A DNA stretch of 62,053 bases from positions 1 through 62,053 of the IMG/VR virus record IMGVR_UViG_3300023174_000173, one strand, 5' to 3'. The translations under genes and the position numbers were made by a program. A model generated the notes under the pieces. That model searched no databases. It worked only from the letters and a program-made list of their open reading frames with translations, and was not told the DNA's origin. The stretch comes from a virus. Lineage: Duplodnaviria > Caudoviricetes. Shown piece by piece: positions 46,476 through 57,100 of the stretch; within the stretch, counting starts at the first letter, position 1; each line of letters opens with the position of its first letter.

Positions 46476-46889
46476 ATGGAAGAAACAAAAGTAATACCAA
46501 CTGATAAGTTGGTGAAGACGTATATTAAAATACGTGACGCACGTAAAGAGCTATCAGACAACTTCGAGCAAGAAGATGGCAAGCTTAAGGATGCATTAGA
46601 GTCTATTGAGCAAGAACTTCTTGAGGCATGTAAGTCAATTGGTGCAGATAGTATACGCACTGAGTTCGGTACCTTTACGCGATCAGTAAAGAAGCGGTAT
46701 TGGACAAATGATTGGTATTCATTTCATGAGTTCGTAAAAGAATACGAGGCATACGGGGCTATGGATTTATTGGAGAAGCGCATCGCGCAAACCAACATGG
46801 CTACGTTCCTTGAAGATAACCCCGATTTGCATCCCCCGGGGCTTAATGTTGATAGCCGCTATACGGTTGTCGTTCGTCGTAGTAAATAA
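46476..46889 (+). CDS. Conserved replication-module protein
   Basis: YIKIRD..., RTEFGT, DW..F, LLEKRI, PPGLN. Confidence 0.75.
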   Translation: MEETKVIPTDKLVKTYIKIRDARKELSDNFEQEDGKLKDALESIEQELLEACKSIGADSIRTEFGTFTRSVKKRYWTNDWYSFHEFVKEYEAYGAMDLLEKRIAQTNMATFLEDNPDLHPPGLNVDSRYTVVVRRSK

Positions 46890-46899
46890 GGAGAAATTT

Positions 46900-47766
46900 G
46901 TGAGTGAACTAACTCTATTAAGTAAAAACCTTCCAGCGCACTTACGCGCTATGGAACTTGATGCTACAACTAAAGCCCTGATGGGTGGCGGTGGTGGTGA
47001 TTCCAAACGTATCTCTATCGAGGGTGGCGTATGGCGCATGATGGTCAACGGCAAAGAAGTTACCCAGAATGAAGATCGTTCTATGAATGTAGTTGTCGTG
47101 GCGGCTGCACCAAAAGTCTCACGTATTTTTTATGCGGGTGTTTATAAAAAGGGTGTGGTTATTACACCTGATTGCTGGTCTGCTGAAGGTGATGCGCCGG
47201 ATTCAACGGCGAAGAACCCACAAGCTAAGAAGTGTTCTGAGTGCCCACAAAACGTTAAAGGCTCCGGTCAGAACAATAGCCGTTCGTGCCGTTTCCAGCA
47301 GCGTTTAGCAGTTGTGTTGGAGAATGATATTGCTGGTGATGTATATCAGCTTGTGTTGCCTTCAACTTCAATCTTTGGTGCTGGTGAAAATGGTAAGTGG
47401 CCTTTGCAGACTTACGCCAAGATGGTTGCAAGCAAGGGTATTCCTATCACTTCAGTTGTTACTGAAATGCGTTTTGATACAGCAAGCTCAACTCCTAAGC
47501 TAACCTTTAAGGCTATGCGTTATTTGGAGACCGAAGAGTTTGAACAAGCTCTTGAGCAGGGTATATCTTTAGCAGCTACTAAAGCAATTACTATGACAGT
47601 TGCTCAGACAGATGGTGTTAAGGATGAAGTAGAAGAAACTGAAGAAGTTGAAGAAGCCGCTACACCTGCGGCGGAGGTTGCGCCCGTTAAACGTACCAGT
47701 AAAAAAGAAGCTCCTGTTGCCAAGAAGGATGTGAGCAAAATCTTGGAAGAGTGGGACAATGAGTAG
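46900..47766 (+). CDS. Single-stranded DNA-binding protein (probable)
   Basis: RISI.G..., PDCWS, C..CP.N, C, acidic C-tail ending EEWDNE; probable GTG start at 46900 with SD AAGGAG. Confidence 0.65.
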   Translation: MSELTLLSKNLPAHLRAMELDATTKALMGGGGGDSKRISIEGGVWRMMVNGKEVTQNEDRSMNVVVVAAAPKVSRIFYAGVYKKGVVITPDCWSAEGDAPDSTAKNPQAKKCSECPQNVKGSGQNNSRSCRFQQRLAVVLENDIAGDVYQLVLPSTSIFGAGENGKWPLQTYAKMVASKGIPITSVVTEMRFDTASSTPKLTFKAMRYLETEEFEQALEQGISLAATKAITMTVAQTDGVKDEVEETEEVEEAATPAAEVAPVKRTSKKEAPVAKKDVSKILEEWDNE

Positions 47767-48001
47767 TGGTTACTCATTCAGATTTGCTAAGACTGTTAAT
47801 TCTGCTGACACATCAAAGCTAGGCGTAGTGCTTGGCAACCTTTGCATAGAAAAAGATATACCGGCTATGGACGTAGCGGAGTATTTTGGCGTTACCCGCG
47901 CCACTATCTACAATTGGTTTAAGGGCGTAACAAACGTTCCTGTATCACACCAAGAGGCGGTAGCAAAGGTTGTCAAGGATTTGTTGAAGCGAAAGTCTTA
48001 G
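47759..48001 (+). CDS. Cro/XRE-like HTH protein
   Basis: VAEYFGVTRATIYNWFKG. Confidence 0.8.
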   Translation: MSSGYSFRFAKTVNSADTSKLGVVLGNLCIEKDIPAMDVAEYFGVTRATIYNWFKGVTNVPVSHQEAVAKVVKDLLKRKS

Positions 48002-48010
48002 TACGCGGGT

Positions 48011-48090
48011 TAAGGAGGCTAGGGAGCGCACCCGAAAAGGGTAGTTCGCCGTCACTATCCCTGCCTACCTTATTTTAAAAAGACGGTGAA
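48011..48090 (+). ncRNA. Candidate pseudoknotted leader upstream of primase
   Basis: Stem 48011-48025/48058-48072; hairpins ACCC-GAAAA-GGGT and TAGT..ACTA; loop TTCGCCGTC complementary to GACGGTGAA (48082-48090). Confidence 0.55.
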
Positions 48091-50962
48091 TCACGAGGCG
48101 GCTATGCTATCGAGGACGGACTTCCTTTCTCTAGTTTTACCACCCACAGGCAACTACTGTGTGATGGGGCTAAAGAAAGACAAAACACCAAAACAAATAT
48201 TCGTACCTACAGTTGAAGATATAGACAGTTACGCAGATGCGCTTGTCCATCGAGGATATGACGCATACTTTGCTTTAGCTTCTTTTACGGATGAATCAGG
48301 GCGTACCAACGCCAATGCTGACCAGCTAAATTCATTCTTTCTTGATTTAGATTGTGGGTTGGGTAAACCGTATGCTGATCAAGGTGATGGACTCACTGCG
48401 CTTAAAGCATTCATTAAGACTACTGGGCTACCTAAGCCTACAGTCGTAGTTAACTCTGGGCGTGGGATACACGCATACTGGGTAGTTGAGCAACCGCTAT
48501 CTAAAGCTGAATGGAAGCCGCTAGCCGAAGGGCTTAAGGCACTGTGTGTTGCCCGGAATCTACATGCTGACCCAGCAGTAACGGCTGACGTTGCGCGTAT
48601 TTTGCGTATACCGGACACACTGAACTTTAAAGATATTGAGAACCCACAACCCGTCAAGATACTGATGCATGGGATACGGGTTAGCGTCGATGCTATACGT
48701 GAAAAGTTAGTGTCAGAAGAGCTTCAGATAGCTGGGACGCCACCGTTTAAAAGATCGATAGACCCTACGACATTAGCATTGATGGGTAACTATCAGGCCC
48801 GGTTTAAAACGATACTGATAAAGTCGTTGCAGGATGAAGGTTGTGCGCAGCTTAAATACATTTACGAGAATCAGGAAGAAGTAGAAGAACCGTTGTGGCG
48901 AGCTGGGTTATCTATTGCGCAGCAGTGTGTAGATGCTGAAGTAGCGATTCATAAACTTTCTAACAAGCACCCTGATTACGATAAAGGCACAACTATTAGG
49001 AAGGCGGCTCAGACTAAGGGGCCATACACGTGTGAGACATTTAAGAAGCTAGCACCAGCGGCATGTATAGACTGCCCATTAAAGCTTACTTCGCCTATTC
49101 AGATTGGACGGGAGATTATTGAGCCGGATGGTACACCGCAGATAGTAGAGGCACTTGAGCCTATTACAAAAGAAGTTCGTACATATGAAATACCTGCGTA
49201 TCCGTTTCCATTTTTTCGTGGCAACGTAGGGGGGATATACCGCAAAGCAAATAAAGATGAAGAGAACGACAAGGACGAATTGCTGTTTCCGTATGACTTT
49301 TATGTAGTCAAGCGTTTGTATGATTTAGAAGATGGTGAGTGCGTAATGATGCGGCTGCATTTGCCAAAGGATGGTGTTCGTGAATTTATTATGCCGCTAC
49401 GAGAAGTAATATCTAAAGACAAATTTACCGGCAAGATCGCTGAGTATGGCGTTGCTGTGCTGGGTAAAAAACAGGAGAAACTTATGCACTACACAACAAG
49501 ATGGGTTGAAGAACTACAAGCTATTGGCAAGGCTGAAGTATCACGCAAGCAGTTCGGGTGGTTGTCAGATGACAGCGCATTCATTATTGGGGATAGAGAA
49601 GTTAAGCACGACTCGCTTGAATACAGCCCTCCATCATCCGCTACGCTGCCTTTAGTACCTGCGTTTGCTACACGTGGTGATTTGCAAGAATGGAAGAACA
49701 TTATTAACCACTACGCCAAGCCCGGCCTTGAGATGCGAGCGTTTGCTTTCTTCATGGGGTTTGGTGGGCCGCTATTGAAGTTTGTAGGTGGTGGATTCTT
49801 AAATGGCTTCTTATTAAATTTGATCAGCCCGAACGGCGGTACAGGTAAGTCAACGTTGCTTCATGCCATTAACAGCATCTACGGCAACCCAGAAGCATTG
49901 ATGATGACCTACAAGGATACGCACAACTTCCGTCTGCATAGGTTTGGTGTGCTACAGAACATCACGGCAACGATTGATGAGCTGACCAACATGAAGGCTG
50001 AGTTGATGTCCGATACGGTGTACGACATTACGTCTGGTATTGGCAAAGGTAGGATGTCTGGCAAAGCAAACGTGGAACGCATTAATAACACCACGTGGAA
50101 ACTTCCTGCTGTGTCTTCTTCCAACAAAGCTATACGCGATATTCTGCTTACCATTAAGGGTTTTCCTGAGCCAGAATTACTGCGCCTACTTGAGGTAGAT
50201 TTAGTTAACGACACTAGCATGGACGCTATCCAAGCCAAGAGACACTTTGGTAAGTTAAGTAGCAACTATGGTCATGCCGCAGTGCCGTATCTGCAATACG
50301 TTATGACGCACCTGCCAGAGGTAGTAGATGGTCTGGATAAGCTAATGGAACGTATTGACCGCGCTGCCAACATTACAGGCAACGAGCGGTATTGGTCTGC
50401 TGGGTTAGCGATTGCTTTGATGGGTGGCATCATCTCCAAGAACTTAGGGTTGCACGACATTCCTATCCAGCCGGTGTTTGATTTTGCGATTGGTATGATT
50501 AAGGAAAACCGCCGCAAGAATAAAGATTCTCTGTTTAGCGCAGATGATTTCGTTGGTACATTCTGTCAGCAGTATCGGGAGGGTATGCTTGTAATTAATG
50601 GCAATGTAGACAAACGCACATTGATTGAGATGGGGCCTATACGTGAGCCACGTGGTGCTTTGGTAATGCGTTGGGAACCTGATACCGGCATGTTGTATAT
50701 CGCTTCACGGTCTTTCAGAGAGTATTGCACCAAGCTTCAGATGAACTTCGATGCTGTGCTAGAGCCATACAAAAAGTCTAAAGCTTACGTAGAACAGAAG
50801 CGCAAGCGTATGTTTGCAGGTACACAAGCTGATATCGCACTAAATGTAATGTGCTTATGTTTTGATACCAATAAGATAGCCAGCTTTATTGAAAATAAAG
50901 AGACACTGTTAAATGCTCCTCCTTTCCAACCTATTGACCCATATAGAGTGGGAGAAATTTAA
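48086..50962 (+). CDS. AEP primase fused to DUF927/SF3-like helicase
   Basis: FLDLD, SGRGIHAYW, RILRIP.T.N, GTGKST, IDELT; start probably ATG 48104. Confidence 0.85.
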   Translation: MNHEAAMLSRTDFLSLVLPPTGNYCVMGLKKDKTPKQIFVPTVEDIDSYADALVHRGYDAYFALASFTDESGRTNANADQLNSFFLDLDCGLGKPYADQGDGLTALKAFIKTTGLPKPTVVVNSGRGIHAYWVVEQPLSKAEWKPLAEGLKALCVARNLHADPAVTADVARILRIPDTLNFKDIENPQPVKILMHGIRVSVDAIREKLVSEELQIAGTPPFKRSIDPTTLALMGNYQARFKTILIKSLQDEGCAQLKYIYENQEEVEEPLWRAGLSIAQQCVDAEVAIHKLSNKHPDYDKGTTIRKAAQTKGPYTCETFKKLAPAACIDCPLKLTSPIQIGREIIEPDGTPQIVEALEPITKEVRTYEIPAYPFPFFRGNVGGIYRKANKDEENDKDELLFPYDFYVVKRLYDLEDGECVMMRLHLPKDGVREFIMPLREVISKDKFTGKIAEYGVAVLGKKQEKLMHYTTRWVEELQAIGKAEVSRKQFGWLSDDSAFIIGDREVKHDSLEYSPPSSATLPLVPAFATRGDLQEWKNIINHYAKPGLEMRAFAFFMGFGGPLLKFVGGGFLNGFLLNLISPNGGTGKSTLLHAINSIYGNPEALMMTYKDTHNFRLHRFGVLQNITATIDELTNMKAELMSDTVYDITSGIGKGRMSGKANVERINNTTWKLPAVSSSNKAIRDILLTIKGFPEPELLRLLEVDLVNDTSMDAIQAKRHFGKLSSNYGHAAVPYLQYVMTHLPEVVDGLDKLMERIDRAANITGNERYWSAGLAIALMGGIISKNLGLHDIPIQPVFDFAIGMIKENRRKNKDSLFSADDFVGTFCQQYREGMLVINGNVDKRTLIEMGPIREPRGALVMRWEPDTGMLYIASRSFREYCTKLQMNFDAVLEPYKKSKAYVEQKRKRMFAGTQADIALNVMCLCFDTNKIASFIENKETLLNAPPFQPIDPYRVGEI

Positions 50963-51113
50963 GCCGGGCACTTCCTTCTTTATTCCGTGTTTGAATAGGG
51001 GGGAAGTAGAGAACTACGTTAAGCGAGAAGCTACACGTTTGCGCATGGAGATTGTTTGCAAGGCGGTTGTAGAGAAGGGAAAATACGGATTGCGTGTCTG
51101 GAGAACGGTGTGA
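50913..51113 (+). CDS. Small conserved protein
   Basis: W.KF..G.SFFIP...GLRVWR. Confidence 0.65.
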   Translation: MLLLSNLLTHIEWEKFKPGTSFFIPCLNRGEVENYVKREATRLRMEIVCKAVVEKGKYGLRVWRTV

Positions 51114-51119
51114 TATATT
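51090..51119 (+). promoter_or_regulatory. Candidate promoter for the sRNA
   Basis: TTGCGT-18-TATATT with TGn extension. Confidence 0.5.
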
Positions 51120-51125
51120 TGTTTC

Positions 51126-51183
51126 GTAACTCCTCACTTCTCCAAGGTACTGAGGTTCCCCCCGCCCAGCGCGGGGGTTTTTT
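51126..51183 (+). ncRNA. Candidate anti-RBS small RNA ending in an intrinsic terminator
   Basis: CCTCA/TGAGG stem with loop CTTCTCCAAGGTAC, then CCCCCGC-CCAGC-GCGGGGG-TTTTTT. Confidence 0.55.
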
Positions 51184-54100
51184 ATAACCCTGCCATACCA
51201 CGCAACTTAGGCACGTTGTACGCTAATAGCAACTCTTTCTCTTGCTTTAAAATCTCATCCGTTTTTTCACGCTTTAAATCTGGTGGCATCTGCGGGTCAT
51301 GGGCAATAATTGTTTTATATTTACGTAAAATAGCTAACTGAGTTTCTATTTTATTGACCACGCCTTTCATAGCGTACAATTTCATTTTGTCTTCGGTTAG
51401 GTATTCTTTTAACTCTTGCATCCGGCCTTCGCTCTTAAACATGTTTACGCTGTTTACTACATGGTCAACAGATTCGCGGAAAGTGTAGAACTCAGACTTG
51501 TACCCACGCCCCATAGTGTCGTACATGAACGTACTTAGCTGCGGCAGTTTAGATACAGGCTTGCCCATACGATCTGGATTAGCTACCGCATCAGTTGCAT
51601 CCAATACAAACGCACCCAGCATACCGGTGTAGCCACGAATCAAATAATCAGCTTTTAATGGTGAAACGCCCACCATGCCAAACAACTTAGCTAACTCAGA
51701 CGTGCCTTCAGTAAATTGCAGCGCAGCTTCTTTACCTGCCATGTTAATTCCAACAATTGGGTTGCCAGTAAAGAACGAGTAGTTAGTTAAAACTTCTAAC
51801 GAGGGTTTAATAAGTTGTGGGGTTAAGTTAGTACCACCATAAGCATTGACGAAAGCATCCTTAAATCCTTTATAGAACGCCGTTGCATCCTGTGGGCGTT
51901 CTGTACCTTGGCTAACTACGTACCGCACGATACGCTCAGGGATAACTTTGAACATAAACCCAACCTCTGGAGCGACAGGAATCTTTATCCCAGTGCCCGG
52001 AATGATGTAGTTCTTATCGCGTTCGTACTCTTCTAACCCTTTGTAGTCTTCGTCATCCCCCACCAGCATAGCGTAGAGCGTAGACATAGCGGCTATTTTG
52101 AGACCAGTTGCCAAGAAGAGTTTTTGCGCTGCGCGCTTTTCTTCCATCGAAATACCTTTACCCCGCATGGTGCGAACCAAGATATCCATACCTTGTATAT
52201 ACGCATTTAAGAACGGCACCATGTGGCGTAACGTACCAATAACCGTACTATCTCCGGCGTGTTTAAAGTTAATGTATTCTTTGGCGCGGTATAAGGCTAG
52301 CCTACGGTCACCTTCCGGCATCTCAGCGGATTTGGTTTCGTTAATAGTCTGCTCATAGATAGCAGCACGAACAGCTAAGTCGGCGGCAAGAGAAAACTTC
52401 TCTAACTTATCCCAAGCTTTCTTAAACCCTTTGCGTTCTTCTAAGCCATACTTCACACGGGCACGATCTATAGCATGTTGTGGCATACCGTCATACACAC
52501 CAGACACACCGATCCTAGCAAGTTCCAACGGTATACCCTTACCTGCCATAGCATGCATGAAGTTCTTGGCTACCTTAGCTGGCAAGCTGAACGGGTGCTT
52601 AACGCCAGACAACAGCATCGCACGGTAGGTACCGTCTTGAATTAACTGACTAACAGCAAACGCCGGCATGTGAGTAACGAAGCTACGCAAGGTGCTCTGA
52701 GCAAAACTAAACGTTTTTAATATCGGGCCTAGAGTCACAATGTTAGAAGCAAACGCGCTTCTGTCTAACGCATTACCCAGTAGGTACGCAGTGCGCTCAC
52801 CGTCTTTATAAGAAAAGATTAACCTATCTTTTTTGTGTTTCTGTGCATCCGCAAGTGCCCCGGGAGTTTTTATTTCAAACGCATCAGGTAAGCTCTCCGC
52901 CATACGGCGCGAAGCGTAAGCATTCATACCGGTTTTAACCGCCCAGCTAGTTAAGCCAATCATGTTATCAAACACGTTGGCAATTTCTTTATGACTACCT
53001 TCTCGATCTAGAATACGTAACTTGGAGATATTCGCTATACCACCTTTAAACGAAGCGGGGCTTTCATCAAATATATTGACTTCTTCTTCGACGCGAGTCC
53101 ACGGCACATAACCTGCCGCCTCTTTCCACTCATTAGCTTTACCTTGACTGATACGCCCAGTCTGCACCAAGAAGTCAATTAAGTTGTTTTTATATTCAGT
53201 AAATGTTTTAAACGCTTCTTTTAGTTCAGGGAACTTTTGCATAGCCTCATCAGCAGCGGCTATTTCTTCGTCTGTTACGTAATGCGTAATCAACATCTCT
53301 CTTAACTTTTCAACTGCTTTGTTGTTGCCTTTAGCTTCTGCTGCAACAATATCTTGAGCAATCTTGGCGTTATGGGCGTTGAGTTCTTTGGCACGTTGCG
53401 CAATAAATGCGTTATGCCCTAACTGCATTGCAGTCTTAAGCGAGCCTAGACGGTCACCTAGCTTGGTCATGATGTCGAACACCTTACCCATAGTTGCATT
53501 ACGGTCAACTATTTCTATAAGGCCATCTTTACTTATCTGGATACCACCGTGCTCCATTGCTCCTTCGGCAAAAGCGGCAGAATCTTGTGCTTGGATTTGA
53601 GCTAAGTCGCCACGAACTTGACCCAAAGAATCTACAAGAGTGTTGTTAAAATTGGCTTCCATCTTTTCAACAGCGGTAGCGCGGGCATCTACAAACTCAC
53701 GTCTAAACCTAGTACCAAGAGATGGTTGCCCTTCACGTGTTTGCACAACTCCCAACAACTTTTTCAGGGTGCTGTCAGGATTAGTATCTTTAGGATTACC
53801 TGCGCCCTTCATGCGCTCATTAAGCGCAGCGGCTTCTTCACCTGCTGGGGTTAGTTCTTGTTCATTAGTGCGGTATAGGATGCGTTTGTCAGCAGGATCG
53901 TAGCTACCCTTGTTGAATATGGATTTGATTTGTGAAGGTTCATAGACAGCAAGATTCTTCCTACCGCCTTCCCTGACGTAAAACCCATCAAAACCAGCCG
54001 CTTTAATAGCAGCTTGAACTTCTTTGGATTCTATTGTGTCCCAACTACCTTGGCTAATTCGATTCGCTGTGTATAAAGTTTCTTGTGGGCGTTTATTAAC

Positions 54101-57100
54101 AGTTAATTTGCCTTTAACCGCTTCGTCTATATATTCACGTATTGCCGCTAGATGTTCTGGGTTTGAAAAGTCAAACGGGTTCTGCGCACTAACGTAGACT
54201 GGGATGATATTGGCACGGGAGGGTAACGCTGCGTCAAGTATGCCCCTAACTTTCTCTTGAACAGGAGATGGGACCTCCCTAAGATTTATATTTGTTTGGT
54301 TGGCAATATCTTTGAAAGTAGTTTTTTGAATGGATTTATTTGCTAAAGCAATTTTAGCGGCTTCGATAATCCATTTATCTTTTTGTTCAGGTGTAGCATT
54401 ATTAAAAAGTTCTTTCCGCATGTAGTCTTCTGACATACTGGTAAAACTATCGGCAAACTTAGGGTCTTCAGTTACAAATATAGCCCCCGCTTGTTTTGCG
54501 CGGAACTCATGGATGTCTCGAGCCGTACCGTGATACATAACTTTAGGAGTACCATTTTCATTACGCACAACCGAGTTGCCAAACCATTTTTGGAACGCGC
54601 CTTCTCTGTATAGTGGTTTGTTACCAAAGGCTTCTTCACCAGCACGGAACTTCCCACCATGCACGAAACGATTAGCGTTTGCTAATAAAGCACGAATCTC
54701 GGTATCTGATATTGACCCAAACGGGAAACCCATTTTGCGCAGCCACTGCTTAATAGCATTTACCACACGTTGTACGGCGCTATTGTTTATATCTTTTTCA
54801 GCCATTTCAGCCAAGACTTCTTCTACAGCCGTACGCTTGTCTAATCCTTTTTTGATTTTTACATCCGCAAGCCCGCGTACTTTAGCGTTACCTGTATAGA
54901 TGTCGTCCATCATTTTTTCATAGGTATGGCCCAGAATAGACCGCAACCCATAATGCCCCAACGTTTCGTGGGCTAAAGTAAGAACAGCTTCTTTGGGGCT
55001 TGCAATATTGTCCGCAATTAAATACACGATTTTTGTTTCAGGGTCGTATAAACCCGGCGCATCTAATGCTTTATCTCTTACCATTTGCTGGTAAATTTCT
55101 TGCGGGAGTTCTTGGATATCTTGGACAACATTAATTTTAGGAGCGTTCTCCCAATTTTTAGAGACTTCATCCACTATAGATTGCACTTGAGCTTGGCTCA
55201 TACCTTCGCCCGGTGCAGGGGTTTCCCCTTTTCTGTACAACCCTTGTGAAGAATTTTGTGCAACAAAACTAGCTATATCTTTAGCATCAACGATGCCGTC
55301 TTCTTCTACATCCCTTACATATTGAGTAGCTTCCGAACGTTGAAGCCCACTAGCCATTAATTTAGTTATAGCTTCGTTAGAACTTATTTTACCTTTAGGC
55401 GGTTTAACTTTTGGTGCAGGTGGTGGCGCGGTTTTTTCTTCTATCGCCGCCGCTTCATCGCTACGTATTAATTCTGCCTTAAGAGCTTCATGTGCTGATT
55501 CAGCTAGTTTTGCGAGACGGTTTTCTTCTTGGGTTAATGCACTTGGCTGTGTTGCTTCTCCTGCATTAGGCTGCCCAGCAGTCGTTCCAGTATTGTCCAC
55601 TCCGTTACCGTCAGGTGTTGTAACTCCTTTGGAGGATACTTTTCTACGTTTGTTAGCCACTGTAGTGCTAGGCTCACTTGTTGTGTCGATAGATTCTGTA
55701 GGTTTGAGGACATCAGTAGCCTCCGGAGTTGAAGACGGAAGAGTATCTAAGAAAGTGCTAACTTCAGCAATAGCTTCTGCACTACGATTTGGTGCGTTGG
55801 CATAATCAGTAAGCGCCGCTCGAATTGCTTCGACTTGCGCTGGATCAGCAAGGTCTTTTCCTTTAGTGATCTCATCAATCTTTTGCTGCACTGGGGTTAT
55901 CTTACCCGGTTTTATAGGCTCAAGCACCCTACCACGTGGGCCAAACATTTCTGCTTGCTTGCCATAAACATTGAATGCGTTCGTAGCAATAGAATCTAAC
56001 GCCTGTTTAGTTTCTGAGGTTAAATTTGGGTTAGTTTTTGCACGTTCAACAATCTGCATTACTGCATCGAGGTCTTCAAGATTAGTTAAATCTTTACCTA
56101 CAAGTTGTTTGTATATGCCGGATTGTCTGGATAGTCCTGTTGCATTAAGCGTGTCAGCTTCCAACACCGTGGGCATTTCTTTTTCTACAACTGGAGTTTC
56201 TTCCGCCGCAGTTACTTCTCTTGTCGGTAAGTCCGCCATTTCACGAAACTCGCCCTGCACCACCGATTGATTTTTAATCTGATCTTCAAGCGACTTAGGT
56301 TCCGCGTTAGGGTTGCGGCGTAACTCTTCAATATCTTCAGTCAGTAGGCGTTGTTTGTATGCTTCTAACTCAGCGATACGAGCTTTTGTTTCTTCAGTTT
56401 GGGTTTCTTGCTTTAAACGCTCCACTTCTTGCACAGCTTCTGCGTACGTGTCTGGGAGCATAGAAAGAGGTTTAAACCCCATTCCAGTGTCGGTAGTAGT
56501 TGTAGTTTCAGCGGCTTTTTGTTTTGCGGCTTCAGCGGCATCTTTACGCAACAAGTTTTCATACTGGCCTTGTTGACTTGAACGTTCTATAGCATGACCG
56601 GGTACAGAAAGACCCCCACCAAGAACGGCACCACCTAAGAAATTATCAAAGTATTCTTTCCGTGCTTCTGGATCAGTAATGTTAAGGCCAGCTTGTGCAC
56701 GTTCTAGGACTGCTTGCCCCGCTTCAGTAAAGCCTTCAACACCGGATGTTTGAACTGCTTTAGCGCCATAGTTAACTACTTTATTCGCAAGCGTTTCCGT
56801 CATGCGGGTTTTCATAACTGCGCGAAGTTGTTCGTCAGTAAGTTTTTCTCCGGCTTCTCCAAATATCTTACGTAGTCCGGGTATAAACTTTAAACCAACT
56901 GTATCTAACGCAGCTTGGAACGGTGCAGCGGCAGCAGCACTAGCAATATCTAAATCTTTAGCGGACTTACCTTCTTCTAATTGACGAGATAAGTTTGACC
57001 CAAAGAACTGTGTAGCCCCCGCAGCAGTTGCGGCAAGATCGGCACCTGTTAAAGCAACCCCAGCTACCGTACCAAGTGCGGCTTCAGGCGCAGCAAACGC

